Shown: positions 28,790 through 38,208 of the stretch, piece after piece
Layout of the letters: every line of letters starts with the position of its first letter
How positions within the stretch are numbered: position 1 is the first letter of the stretch
DNA from: an uncultured Parabacteroides sp.
GTDB lineage: Bacteria > Bacteroidota > Bacteroidia > Bacteroidales > Tannerellaceae
Assembly: GCA_949295065.1 (NCBI GenBank)
Contig: CASFJQ010000010.1
Span: 4,233-68,232 of the forward strand
Direction of reading: 5' to 3'
Length of the DNA stretch: 64,000 nt
The notes under the pieces: model-generated
The model's input: the letters and a program-made list of their open reading frames with translations, nothing else
What the model was told of the DNA's origin: nothing
Databases searched by the model: none
Program-made: the position numbers and the translations under genes

Positions 28790-29116
28790 ATTTATATATT
28801 TTAGTTTCACATAATCAAATGAATATTTATCTATTCACTTGAGCCCTGATTTTCAGGTTTGGATAAGTCTATGCAAACAGCACTAACTAATCCAATCGTG
28901 CGCAAAGATACTGCAAACAAAACTTTGCCTACAAGTGCTATAACAATTTTATGGTTAAAAATCAAGCATTTTTATGTATTTAATAGCATATATTTGATAT
29001 ATCTCAAATGTTTTACAGCATATTATTTACATATTTTAACCTACACCCGCTTGATAGCAGCTTATTTGATAGCTACTTTTCACTACCTTTGTGAAATTAA
29101 ATATGACTTCAATTAT

Positions 29117-30343
29117 ATGACGGGAAATAATGAATTAATACTACTCAATATTCACGGGAATGACCGCCCTGGAGTAACTGCGGCTCTAACTGAAATTCTG
29201 GCTAAAAATAACGCTATAATATTGGATATCGGTCAGGCTGATATCCACAACAACCTTTCTTTGGGAATTCTTTTCCAATGTGTAGGCAACAATTCTGGCA
29301 ATTTGCTGAAAGAACTCTTATTCAAGAGCTATGAACTAGATGTAAATATAAGATTTAAGCCTATTTCAGAAGATGAGTATAGCGAATGGGTTAGTATGCA
29401 AGGTAAAAACAGATACATTGTAACTATCCTAGCCAGAAAATTAACAGCAAAGCAAATTGCCGGTGTAAGTCGCATCATTGCCCATCAGGATATGAATATT
29501 GATGATATAAAGCGACTTACAGGCCGAATTCCTTTGAATGAAAATGAAAGAACTCCAAAGGCAAGTGTGGAATTTTCAGTAAGAGGAACTCCTAAAAACA
29601 AGGAGAAAATGAAAGCTGATTTCATGAAACTTTCTTCTGATTTGCAGATGGATATATCATTCCAGGAAGATAGTATGTATCGTCGTATGCGCCGTCTTAT
29701 TTGTTTCGATATGGATTCTACTCTTATTGAAACTGAAGTCATAGATGAATTAGCTATCAGAGCCGGCGTTGGAGATGAAGTAAAGGCAATCACAGAGGCT
29801 GCAATGCGTGGCGAAATAGATTTTACGGAAAGTTTCAAGCGCAGATGTGCCTTGTTGAAAGGTCTGGATGTTTCTGTAATGCAGGAAATTGCAGAAAATC
29901 TACCTATCACTGAAGGTGTTGACAGGCTTATGAAAATTCTGAAACAAGTTGGGTTTAAGATTGCAATTCTTTCCGGCGGTTTTACTTATTTTGGCAATTA
30001 TCTGAAGCAAAGATATGCTATTGACTATGTTTATGCTAATGAACTTGAAGTAGTTGATGGAAAACTTACAGGAAGACATTTGGGTGACATTGTTGATGGA
30101 AAACGCAAAGCTGAATTGTTGAGATTAATAGCTCAAGTTGAGAATGTTGATATTCGCCAGACTGTGGCTGTTGGTGATGGTGCAAACGATTTGCCAATGA
30201 TTAGTATTGCTGGCCTTGGCATAGCATTCCACGCTAAGCCTAAAGTAAAAGCTACAGCTGAACAGTCTATTTCCACAATAGGTCTGGACGGTATTTTATA
30301 TTTCCTTGGATACAAGGATTCATATATGGAAGAAAAAATTTGA
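29117..30343 (+). CDS. serB: Phosphoserine phosphatase SerB with ACT domains
   Basis: GNDRPG ACT domain, FDMDSTLI HAD motif I, SGGF, GDGANDL; start moved to ATG 29117 after the TACCTTTG box. Confidence 0.95.
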   Translation: MTGNNELILLNIHGNDRPGVTAALTEILAKNNAIILDIGQADIHNNLSLGILFQCVGNNSGNLLKELLFKSYELDVNIRFKPISEDEYSEWVSMQGKNRYIVTILARKLTAKQIAGVSRIIAHQDMNIDDIKRLTGRIPLNENERTPKASVEFSVRGTPKNKEKMKADFMKLSSDLQMDISFQEDSMYRRMRRLICFDMDSTLIETEVIDELAIRAGVGDEVKAITEAAMRGEIDFTESFKRRCALLKGLDVSVMQEIAENLPITEGVDRLMKILKQVGFKIAILSGGFTYFGNYLKQRYAIDYVYANELEVVDGKLTGRHLGDIVDGKRKAELLRLIAQVENVDIRQTVAVGDGANDLPMISIAGLGIAFHAKPKVKATAEQSISTIGLDGILYFLGYKDSYMEEKI

Positions 30344-30367
30344 TTGTTTCACTAAATATATATAGTT

Positions 30368-30670
30368 ATGGTTAAACACATTGTAATGTTCAAGCTTAAG
30401 GAGTTTGATTCTAATGAAGAAAAGAAAGAAGTTTTGAATAACATTAAAACAAGTCTGGAAGCATTGATTGATAAAATTGATGTTTTGAAGAAAATCGAAG
30501 TAAACTTCAATTGCAATCCTGCTGAAACTTGGGATCTTATTCTTACAACTGAATTGGAAACTCTTGAAGATGTTGCTACTTATGCAAATCATCCGGAACA
30601 TGTATTTGTGGCAAAAAATATAATTGGTCCTGTGAAAGTTGACCGTGCTTGTGTAGATTATGAATATTAA
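30368..30670 (+). CDS. Dabb family stress-responsive A/B barrel protein
   Basis: MVKHIVMFKLK, YANHPEH, RACVDY. Confidence 0.85.
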   Translation: MVKHIVMFKLKEFDSNEEKKEVLNNIKTSLEALIDKIDVLKKIEVNFNCNPAETWDLILTTELETLEDVATYANHPEHVFVAKNIIGPVKVDRACVDYEY

Positions 30671-31154
30671 TCATCCACAAATGAAAGACTTTGATATCGA
30701 AGAGCGTGCTGACAGAGCTGTTCATAATTTTATGTCCGGTTATAATTGTGCCCAATCTGTTTTTTTGGCATATTCTGACCTGTTTGATATAGATATAGAT
30801 ACAGCAAAGAAGATGTCTGTTTCCTTTGGAGGCGGAATGGGAAGAATGCGTGAAGTATGCGGAACAATGAGTGCAATGGCTATGCTTACCGGCTTCAAAT
30901 ATCCGGTTGAAAATCCGGCAGACCAAGAAGCTAGAAAGCGTAACTATGCTATGGTTCAAAAAGTAGCATCCTTGTTTAAGGAAAAGCATAACACTATAAT
31001 TTGCCGTGAATTGCTTAGCTCAAAAGATGCTGCAGAAACCGACCCTACTCCATCACCAAGAACGGCAGAATATTATAAAAAACGTCCGTGCTGCAGGTAT
31101 GTGGAAACAGCAGCATTGATTGCAGGCAAAATGCTTAAGAATGAATTAGATTGA
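30660..31154 (+). CDS. C-GCAxxG-C-C family putative redox protein
   Basis: GYNCAQSV, FGGGMGRMREVCG, ICRELL, RPCCRYV. Confidence 0.85.
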   Translation: MNINHPQMKDFDIEERADRAVHNFMSGYNCAQSVFLAYSDLFDIDIDTAKKMSVSFGGGMGRMREVCGTMSAMAMLTGFKYPVENPADQEARKRNYAMVQKVASLFKEKHNTIICRELLSSKDAAETDPTPSPRTAEYYKKRPCCRYVETAALIAGKMLKNELD

Positions 31155-31158
31155 TGGT

Positions 31159-31863
31159 TTATGCCATCAATCTAATTTGTTTTATATAGTTCAGCTTCTT
31201 TATCTTGGCAAAAAGCTGGCTGTATGAAGACAGAGACTTAACGTTGACTCTGTATGTAATTACTGCTTCATCTGTGTCATAGAGTGCTTCAAGCGAAACA
31301 CTGACAATGAAAACTCCTTCTTTCTCTATTATTTCCCTGATAATTTTCAAATCCGGATTTGAAACCGAACATCTGATACTCAAAACTTTGTTTACTCCAT
31401 TCAAATAGACATTCTTCTCAAAATATTCTAAAGTAATCAAAGCAAAAAGCGTCAGAAGAGTTGTTATTGCCGCCGGCAAAAACATTCCTGCACCAACAGC
31501 AAGACCGATAACCGCCGTAACCCAAATGCATGCTGCCGTGGTCAGCCCGTGAACACTGCCATGACTTTGGATAATGGCTCCAGCACCGAGAAATCCTATT
31601 CCGGAAAGAACTTGTGCAGCTATTCGTCCTGGATCGCCGTTCAAAAAATTAGGATAAGTCTGAGGAATCCATATTGAAACTAACATGGCAGCAGTTGAGC
31701 CCACGCAAATCAAAGTAAAAGTCCTCATCCCGGCTTCACGGCGTCGGAGCTGTCTCTCCACTCCTATTAATCCACCTAAGGCAAAACTTATAATCAGCCT
31801 TAATAACGAAGAAGCAAAAGTGACTTCCGTAGATTTTAATATTTCGTTTAATGTTTCAATCAT
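31159..31863 (-). CDS. MgtC/SapB family membrane protein
   Basis: IGVERQ, AGMRTF, DPGRIAAQVLSGIGFLGAG, GLTTAA; start uncertain. Confidence 0.88.
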   Translation of the reverse strand: MIETLNEILKSTEVTFASSLLRLIISFALGGLIGVERQLRRREAGMRTFTLICVGSTAAMLVSIWIPQTYPNFLNGDPGRIAAQVLSGIGFLGAGAIIQSHGSVHGLTTAACIWVTAVIGLAVGAGMFLPAAITTLLTLFALITLEYFEKNVYLNGVNKVLSIRCSVSNPDLKIIREIIEKEGVFIVSVSLEALYDTDEAVITYRVNVKSLSSYSQLFAKIKKLNYIKQIRLMA

Positions 31864-32237
31864 AATGATATTTTTTGTTGCTTCACATAATAACAAAAAA
31901 ATTACTTGAAAGCAAGGAATTAATTTTTTTTATCCTTTGCCTTAAACTGCAAATTAAGGCTGTTTTTCGTATCAGGATAAAGGGAAGTCAAAAAAAATCG
32001 AGTCTCAGAAAGTTTGGGAATATCATAAAGATATGGATACAAATATATAATCTGAATATTTTATAGAATATTATCTTATAATAAAGCAATATGAAAGACA
32101 ACTAGGGTTAAAAACATTATTGTGACACGCAATATACACACGAATAAACACGCAAAAAATGTTTTTTGAGCAAATTTAAGGCTATATAAGCCAATATTGG
32201 AGATATTATATAAGGAGTAAAGGATATAAAATAAAAA

Positions 32238-32288
32238 ACAGATAATTGAGATCACGAAGGCATAATATTTCGAATCCCAATTATCTGT
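32238..32288 (-). terminator. Intrinsic terminator after pyrD
   Basis: ACAGATAATTG ... CAATTATCTGT stem followed by a U-tract on the minus strand. Confidence 0.65.
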
Positions 32289-32305
32289 AATAAGAAAAGG
32301 ATGTA

Positions 32306-33217
32306 TTAAATATTCAAAGCACCAGTAAGCTCAGTCACCGATTTGAATCCATGTCTGTCGCAATAATCATTCAATCCATCAATTACTTTGATAGAAATTG
32401 TCGGATCAACAAAATTATATGTTCCGATTTGGATTGCCGATGCACCTGCAAGCATAAATTCAACTGCATCTTTCCAGCTTGAAATTCCGCCCAATCCGAT
32501 AATCGGAATCTGAATAGCTTTTGAAGTTTGCCAAACCATTCTCAATGCAACCGGCTTTACGCATGGACCGGAAAGCCCGCCTGTAATTGTTGAAAGAATT
32601 GGTTTTCTTTTTTCAGCATCAATTGCCATTCCCATCATTGTATTAATCATTGAAACTGCATCAGCACCTTCAGCTTCGACAGCTCTGGCAATTTCAGTGA
32701 TATCAGTTACATTTGGAGAAAGCTTAACAATTAAAGTTTTTGGATATGCCTTTCTGACTGCTTTTACCACTTCGGCAGCACCTGACGCAGTAACACCAAA
32801 TGCCATTCCACCCTGTTTTACATTAGGGCATGATATATTCAATTCAATTGCCGGAATCTTTTCCAATTCTGCAATTTTCTCAGCGCATTCAACGTAAGTT
32901 TCGATTGACGAGCCACTCACATTCACAATCATATTTGTGTCGATATCCTTTATCTGTGGATATATATTTTCTGCGAAATAATTTGCGCCCTTGTTTTGCA
33001 ATCCAACTGCATTAAGCATTCCTGAAGGAGTTTCAGCCATTCGTGGATACAAGTTTCCTTCACGTGGTTGAATTGTTGTTCCTTTTACGAAAATTCCACC
33101 TAATCTTGATATATCAATCAAATCTGAAAATTCAATTCCATATCCGAAAGTTCCTGATGCAGTCATTACCGGATTCTTCAACTGCAATCCACCTATATTT
33201 ACTTTTAATTCAGCCAT
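32306..33217 (-). CDS. pyrD: Dihydroorotate dehydrogenase B, catalytic subunit
   Basis: [32 protein letters not shown]. Confidence 0.95.
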   Translation of the reverse strand: MAELKVNIGGLQLKNPVMTASGTFGYGIEFSDLIDISRLGGIFVKGTTIQPREGNLYPRMAETPSGMLNAVGLQNKGANYFAENIYPQIKDIDTNMIVNVSGSSIETYVECAEKIAELEKIPAIELNISCPNVKQGGMAFGVTASGAAEVVKAVRKAYPKTLIVKLSPNVTDITEIARAVEAEGADAVSMINTMMGMAIDAEKRKPILSTITGGLSGPCVKPVALRMVWQTSKAIQIPIIGLGGISSWKDAVEFMLAGASAIQIGTYNFVDPTISIKVIDGLNDYCDRHGFKSVTELTGALNI

Positions 33218-33990
33218 GACAATTTTTCTATATTAAATACTGGACCTTCTGTACAAACACAAACATGATGATCATCTTTAGTCTTCTCAACGCAGCACAA
33301 GCATGCTCCCAATCCGCAAGCCATTGTATTTTCCAATGAAACTTCGCAGTCGATTTTTTCTGAAGAAGCATATTTTGCAACAGCCATCATCATTGGCTTA
33401 GGACCACATGTATATATTTTATCAAATTTGATTTTGCTCAACACTGAATGATTAATTACATATCCTTTTTCACCCAATGAAGCGTCTTCAGTTGTTACAT
33501 ATACATTGCCTATTGATTCAAACAAATCCAATTGCAGCAAATCATCTTTTGATCTTGCACCCAAAAGGAAAGTTGGTTCAAATCCTGCTTCCTTTAGATA
33601 TTTGCCCAAATATAACATTGGAGCAGTTCCGACACCACCGCCAATTAATAACAATTTCTTAGATTCATTACCATTTTCAGGAATTGTGAATCCATTTCCA
33701 AGAGGCAATAATATATTGATTAAATCACCAACGCGAGCTTCAGCCAATTTTCTTGTTCCATCACCGACCAATTGAATCAATAACCATAATTCATTCTTTT
33801 CTTTGTCGATGAAGTTGATTGAAATCGGACGACGTAAAAATGTTGAAGGTGAATTATCCACGCGAACTTCCACAAACTGTCCAGGATTCATTTCTGGCAA
33901 TAATGATTCGGATGTCAATTTTAACAGACAGTAATTTTTATGAAGACGCTCATTTGCGGTAACCTTCATATCTAATAGAAACTTTTTCAT
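33205..33990 (-). CDS. pyrK: Dihydroorotate dehydrogenase electron transfer subunit
   Basis: [33 protein letters not shown] 2Fe-2S motif. Confidence 0.93.
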   Translation of the reverse strand: MKKFLLDMKVTANERLHKNYCLLKLTSESLLPEMNPGQFVEVRVDNSPSTFLRRPISINFIDKEKNELWLLIQLVGDGTRKLAEARVGDLINILLPLGNGFTIPENGNESKKLLLIGGGVGTAPMLYLGKYLKEAGFEPTFLLGARSKDDLLQLDLFESIGNVYVTTEDASLGEKGYVINHSVLSKIKFDKIYTCGPKPMMMAVAKYASSEKIDCEVSLENTMACGLGACLCCVEKTKDDHHVCVCTEGPVFNIEKLSWLN

Positions 33991-34075
33991 ATATTATTTT
34001 ATATAATAAATAATGTACTCAGAAACATATATATGCAAAGATACGTTTTTTCACGAAGTTTACGGGTGATTTTAT

Positions 34076-34489
34076 TCACTTCTTTTCAAGTGTATAAGTA
34101 TCAAAAGTGTTATCCGTATAAAATACCATGATTTTTGAAATCGTTTTTGCTGGCTTTTCTACGGTTATAACCATTTCTTTTTCTTGGTGAACTGGCGGAG
34201 TTGTAATGTTTTCATTCAACGGAGAACAGGGAGATTCTGATAGCGGCAATGTATTTTCCGCAGCTTCAGCTATTTGGGCTGTTTTCATCATCGGTCCATT
34301 TCCAAAAAGAAGCCAGTCTGAACTAACTGAAGGAAATCTCCTTAGTATTTTTAATAAAACGTCGAGACTTGGATTGTTCCTTCCGGAAATAATATGAGAC
34401 ATGGCTGCTCTTTGTATTCCGATTTCAGCAGCGAACTGAGCCTGACTATAACCTTCAGTTTCCATTACTTTCAAAATACGCTCCTTCAT
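34076..34489 (-). CDS. XRE-family helix-turn-helix protein
   Basis: SQAQFAAEIGIQRAAMSHIISGRNNPS HTH, DWLLFGNG, low-complexity linker, short C-terminal KIMVFYTDNTF. Confidence 0.85.
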   Translation of the reverse strand: MKERILKVMETEGYSQAQFAAEIGIQRAAMSHIISGRNNPSLDVLLKILRRFPSVSSDWLLFGNGPMMKTAQIAEAAENTLPLSESPCSPLNENITTPPVHQEKEMVITVEKPAKTISKIMVFYTDNTFDTYTLEKK

Positions 34490-34630
34490 ATATTTGGTGT
34501 TTTTATATAGATAAAAATTATGTCAAAATGACATAATTGGGATTTATTCAAGCTATTTTCTTGCCATATACAAAGATATACAAAGATTTTTATTAAACAA
34601 ATATAATGTTATAATAATATACATACTATT

Positions 34631-34994
34631 TGTAAACAGATATGTTTACATTTGAATACCGAACATTTGTAAACTTTGATATTTATACTTATAAATCACT
34701 TTAGATAAATTGGATATAAATCTAGGTCGCAATAGATTAATAAATATGTATTTATAGCAGAATTTTCCTATTGTAAACATTTAGCCAAATATTTCAGATT
34801 ATATTTTTAGAAAATTCTTAACAAAACCATATAAAATACTGAATATATGTGATTTAAAGCTATATTATATACATATGTAGATGTATATATTTATATACTT
34901 ATACAAATGTATAACATTGCATATTGCTGGCTGATTTTATATGTATTATAGTATATGTAAATATATTTTGTCTTTAAAATATAATATTGTAAAC
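34631..34994. repeat. AT-rich region with five TGTAAAC boxes, including the palindrome TGTAAACAGATATGTTTACA
   Basis: Copies at 34631, 34644 (reverse), 34668, 34772 and 34988. Confidence 0.6.
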
Positions 34995-35216
34995 TGATTC
35001 TTCTTAAGTGGATTTTACATTAATATACTTCCAGTATAAAGCATATATAGCATAACATTAATATGTCATTTTGGCATACACGTGTTATTGCAACAGAATT
35101 GTATGGACATGAATTTTTGAGCAATATTTTCTTAACAAAAAAGCATGAAAATACTACTACAAGAAAATTCAAATAAGTACGGAAGAAAATGAAATTAAGT
35201 ACGGAAGTAATTTGTG

Positions 35217-35254
35217 TTACATCCGGATCCGTCTGCATCCAGATCCGGATGTAA
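35217..35254. terminator. 13-bp perfect inverted repeat downstream of holA
   Basis: TTACATCCGGATC ... GATCCGGATGTAA; preceded by direct repeat TAAGTACGGAAG (35174, 35196). Confidence 0.5.
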
Positions 35255-35302
35255 TTTAAGGGACGTTTTTATGTCAAGGTTTTCGTCAACGAAATTATAT
35301 TA

Positions 35303-36340
35303 TCATAAATGAAGAATCTTATACACTAGCAATTTCAATATTTCGCCATCTTCTATTCCAGTAGTTCCAAATCCTTTTGAAAGAGCATCTGCTTCTCGGA
35401 TTTCATTAATAATGTTGAAAGCTTTCATTGCTGAATAATTCCTCATTCCTGTGATATATTCTTTTGCTCCATATGAATTCCTCAATCCAAGAAGCAATGT
35501 TATCGCCTGTTCGCTTCTGTCTTTTGAATAGTAGCAAATAAGTAAATTTGAAAAATAATTATATAAAACAGAAAGCGTGACCTGAATCGGATTCAATTTT
35601 GAATTTCTACCAAAATAATCAATTATTTCATTCGATTTCAAGATTTCTTTATTTGCCAATGCTCTAATCAATTCAAAGTTATTATACTCTTTACTTATGC
35701 CGATATTTTCTTCGATTATTTCAGGAGTTATTCTTTGAAGTCCGTTATTATGCAATATTATTGTCAGTTTGTCGAGCTCAGTATCAAGTTTGCTTAAGTC
35801 ATTTCCTATATAGTCACAAAGCATTTGAGTTGATTTGGCATCAATTCCCAATTTTCTGCTTTGAACAAAACCCAACACGACAGACGGCAATTTATAGTCA
35901 GGTACTTTTTTTGATTCAAACACCTTTCCTATTTTATTCGCAATTTGATAAAGAGATTTTCTTTTGTCAATTGATTTGTATTTATAATTTAATACAAGAA
36001 TTGTCGATTTAAGAGGATTCTTCAAATAATCGGAAAGCAAATCAATATTCCTTATTACTTGAGCTTCCCTAACAACTATCAATTGATATTCGGACATCAT
36101 CGGATATCGTCGGGCTGCATTTATTATTTTGATTGCATCGCAATCTGCTCCATAGAATATCATCTGATTGAAATCTTTTTCGCTTTCTGTCAGAACTTCA
36201 TCAATCAGTAAATCCGTCAATTTATCAATAAAATAAGGCTCTTCGCCCATCAGCAAATATATGGGATAATAATTCCTTGATTTGATGCTTTTATATAATT
36301 CTTCAAATGACGATGTTTCTTCTTTTTTTGCCATAAGCAT
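35303..36340 (-). CDS. holA: DNA polymerase III delta subunit
   Basis: PIYLLMGEEPYFID, DFN, ARRYPMM, IGISKEYNNFEL. Confidence 0.92.
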   Translation of the reverse strand: MLMAKKEETSSFEELYKSIKSRNYYPIYLLMGEEPYFIDKLTDLLIDEVLTESEKDFNQMIFYGADCDAIKIINAARRYPMMSEYQLIVVREAQVIRNIDLLSDYLKNPLKSTILVLNYKYKSIDKRKSLYQIANKIGKVFESKKVPDYKLPSVVLGFVQSRKLGIDAKSTQMLCDYIGNDLSKLDTELDKLTIILHNNGLQRITPEIIEENIGISKEYNNFELIRALANKEILKSNEIIDYFGRNSKLNPIQVTLSVLYNYFSNLLICYYSKDRSEQAITLLLGLRNSYGAKEYITGMRNYSAMKAFNIINEIREADALSKGFGTTGIEDGEILKLLVYKILHL

Positions 36341-37117
36341 TTACCAGCTAAGTCTTATATGTTGAATAGTTTTATTTTCATTTATGATTTGCAATAAGGA
36401 TTCAATACCAAGTTTAACATGTTCATTAACGAAAAGTTTGGTTATCTTTTTATCGGATTCCTCAGTTTTAATACCATCTTCTTCCATTGGTTTATCAGAA
36501 ATCATCAATAAAGCACCTGTTGGTATTTTATTAGCAAAACCGGCTGTCAATAATGTAGCTGTTTCCATATCGATTCCGCTTGCGTGTGTTTGAATCAAAT
36601 AATCTTTGAAATCGTTGTCATATTCCCAAACTCTTCTGTTTGTCGTGTAAACAGTTCCTGTCCAATAATCTTTTCCATGGTCTCTGATTGCGGAAGAAAT
36701 TGCTCTCAACATATAAAAAGCCGGCAACGACGGAACCTCAGGCGGAAGATATTCATCCGATGTTCCTTCACCTCTGATTGCAGCAATTGGCAATAAATAG
36801 TCGCCAAGCTTAATTGATTTCTTTAGTCCTCCGCATTTGCCGAGAAACAGAACTGCTTTTGGCGTGATGGCTGAAAGCAAATCCATAATAGTCGCGGCAT
36901 TTGCACTTCCCATTCCAAAATTTATAATAGTTATGCCATTTGCCGAAGCATTAGGCATTGCACTTTTCAACCCTAGAATTTCAACATTGAAAAATTCGGC
37001 AAAAATCTCTACATATTTTGTGAAATTAGTCAAAAGAATGTACGGAGTAAAATCTTCCAGTTTTCGTTCCGTATATCTTGGCAGCCAGTTTTCAACTATT
37101 TCTTGTTTTGTTTTCAT
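36341..37117 (-). CDS. amn: AMP nucleosidase (short Bacteroidota type)
   Basis: NWLPRYT, ILLTNF, FGMGSANAA, GKCGG, AIRGEGTS, TTNRRVWE, IDMETAT. Confidence 0.88.
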   Translation of the reverse strand: MKTKQEIVENWLPRYTERKLEDFTPYILLTNFTKYVEIFAEFFNVEILGLKSAMPNASANGITIINFGMGSANAATIMDLLSAITPKAVLFLGKCGGLKKSIKLGDYLLPIAAIRGEGTSDEYLPPEVPSLPAFYMLRAISSAIRDHGKDYWTGTVYTTNRRVWEYDNDFKDYLIQTHASGIDMETATLLTAGFANKIPTGALLMISDKPMEEDGIKTEESDKKITKLFVNEHVKLGIESLLQIINENKTIQHIRLSW

Positions 37118-37211
37118 AAGACGGAAATTTTCAAGTTGAACAAACTTACATAATTTTACTCTAATAATCTAGCTTTTCATTATCTTTACACACATATAAT
37201 ATGTGATAATT

Positions 37212-37661
37212 ATGAATAATTTGAATCTGCCTTCCTTCCAGTATAAAATCAAGCATATTGAAAATAAGGCGTATATATATGACATTCTGCGGAAAAAATT
37301 TATCGTGATTACGCCTGAAGAATGGGTTAGACAGCATTTCGTAAATTATCTGATAGGCTATTTAAATTATCCAAAGCAATTAATTGCCAATGAAGTTTCA
37401 ATTCGCCTGAACTCCACGAGCAAACGCTGTGATACTGTTATTTATACAAAGACATTGCAGCCACAAGTGATTATTGAGTATAAGTCTCCGGATATTGAGT
37501 TGTCGCAGGCTGTTTTCGATCAGGTTATGCGTTATAATATGGTTTTGCGAGTAAAATATATTATCTTAAGTAATGGGATAAAGCACATTTGCAGCAGGAT
37601 AGATTATGATAATAACAGATATATTTTTCTGCCGGAAATCCCTCAATATGAGGATTTATAA
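37212..37661 (+). CDS. Type I restriction enzyme HsdR N-terminal-like domain protein (stand-alone)
   Basis: LNLP, DILRKK..TPEEWVRQH, RCD, IEYK, QVMRYN, SNG; conserved housekeeping neighbourhood, no MTase nearby. Confidence 0.82.
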   Translation: MNNLNLPSFQYKIKHIENKAYIYDILRKKFIVITPEEWVRQHFVNYLIGYLNYPKQLIANEVSIRLNSTSKRCDTVIYTKTLQPQVIIEYKSPDIELSQAVFDQVMRYNMVLRVKYIILSNGIKHICSRIDYDNNRYIFLPEIPQYEDL

Positions 37662-37726
37662 AAGTTGAACTGCAAACTCATGATTTATATTACCAGAGAT
37701 GCATAATTATTTTTATCTCAAAAGAA

Positions 37727-37921
37727 TTATTCGGAAAGCATTACCAATGGTTTATACTTTTCTAAATTGACAGCATTTGTTGTGTCATTCAAAAGATTAG
37801 CTTTTTCCATTTTTATCTCTGAATCTATATGCAACAACATAGCTTTTTCAAAATTCTTGGCGTCAAAGAACAATGAATAACATAGCAAAATACCGAAAAA
37901 TGATAAAATCAATCCTTTCAT
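37727..37921 (-). CDS. Small hypothetical protein with N-terminal hydrophobic segment
   Basis: MKGLILSFFGILLCYSLFF start; fills the intergenic gap. Confidence 0.4.
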   Translation of the reverse strand: MKGLILSFFGILLCYSLFFDAKNFEKAMLLHIDSEIKMEKANLLNDTTNAVNLEKYKPLVMLSE

Positions 37922-38076
37922 ACTAGTTTTATTTATGATTTCTATAATTATTAGATGTAGAATGTTGATTAAATGCTGCATGAAAGAGCTATTTTTTTTG
38001 CAAAAAAATGAGCTGCCTTCATCTGTGAATTTTATATTGCTGATAATCATATAAATAAAAGCAACATATTTTCTTC

Positions 38077-38166
38077 AAAAATATATACGGACCCGGCCGC
38101 ATTTAGGGCAATATATATCGAAGCGTAAATACGGTCCTACGTTACGCTACGTCCGTATATATTTTT
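38077..38166. repeat. 16-bp perfect inverted repeat AAAAATATATACGGAC ... GTCCGTATATATTTTT
   Basis: Arms at 38077-38092 and 38151-38166; same core as the repeats at 4513-4590. Confidence 0.7.
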
Positions 38167-38208
38167 TTAAGAATATTGGCACTGATAATATGCTAAATCA
38201 GGCACTGA

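Noticed and set aside
28859-29116. 86-codon N-terminal extension of serB in the ORF track
   Set aside because: Overlaps divergent promoter elements; the ACT domain and a -7 box support the start at 29117
32125-32155. Three ACACG repeats between pyrD and mgtC
   Set aside because: Short core and irregular spacing (13 and 10 bp); not enough evidence for a binding site
34490-35300. AT-rich gap as oriC
   Set aside because: No TTATCCACA-type DnaA boxes were seen, a dif site lies 6 kb away, and gene orientation to the right points toward this region rather than away from it
37212-37661. HsdR_N-like gene as part of a type I R-M system
   Set aside because: No hsdM, hsdS or helicase domain; it is a short stand-alone gene in a housekeeping context
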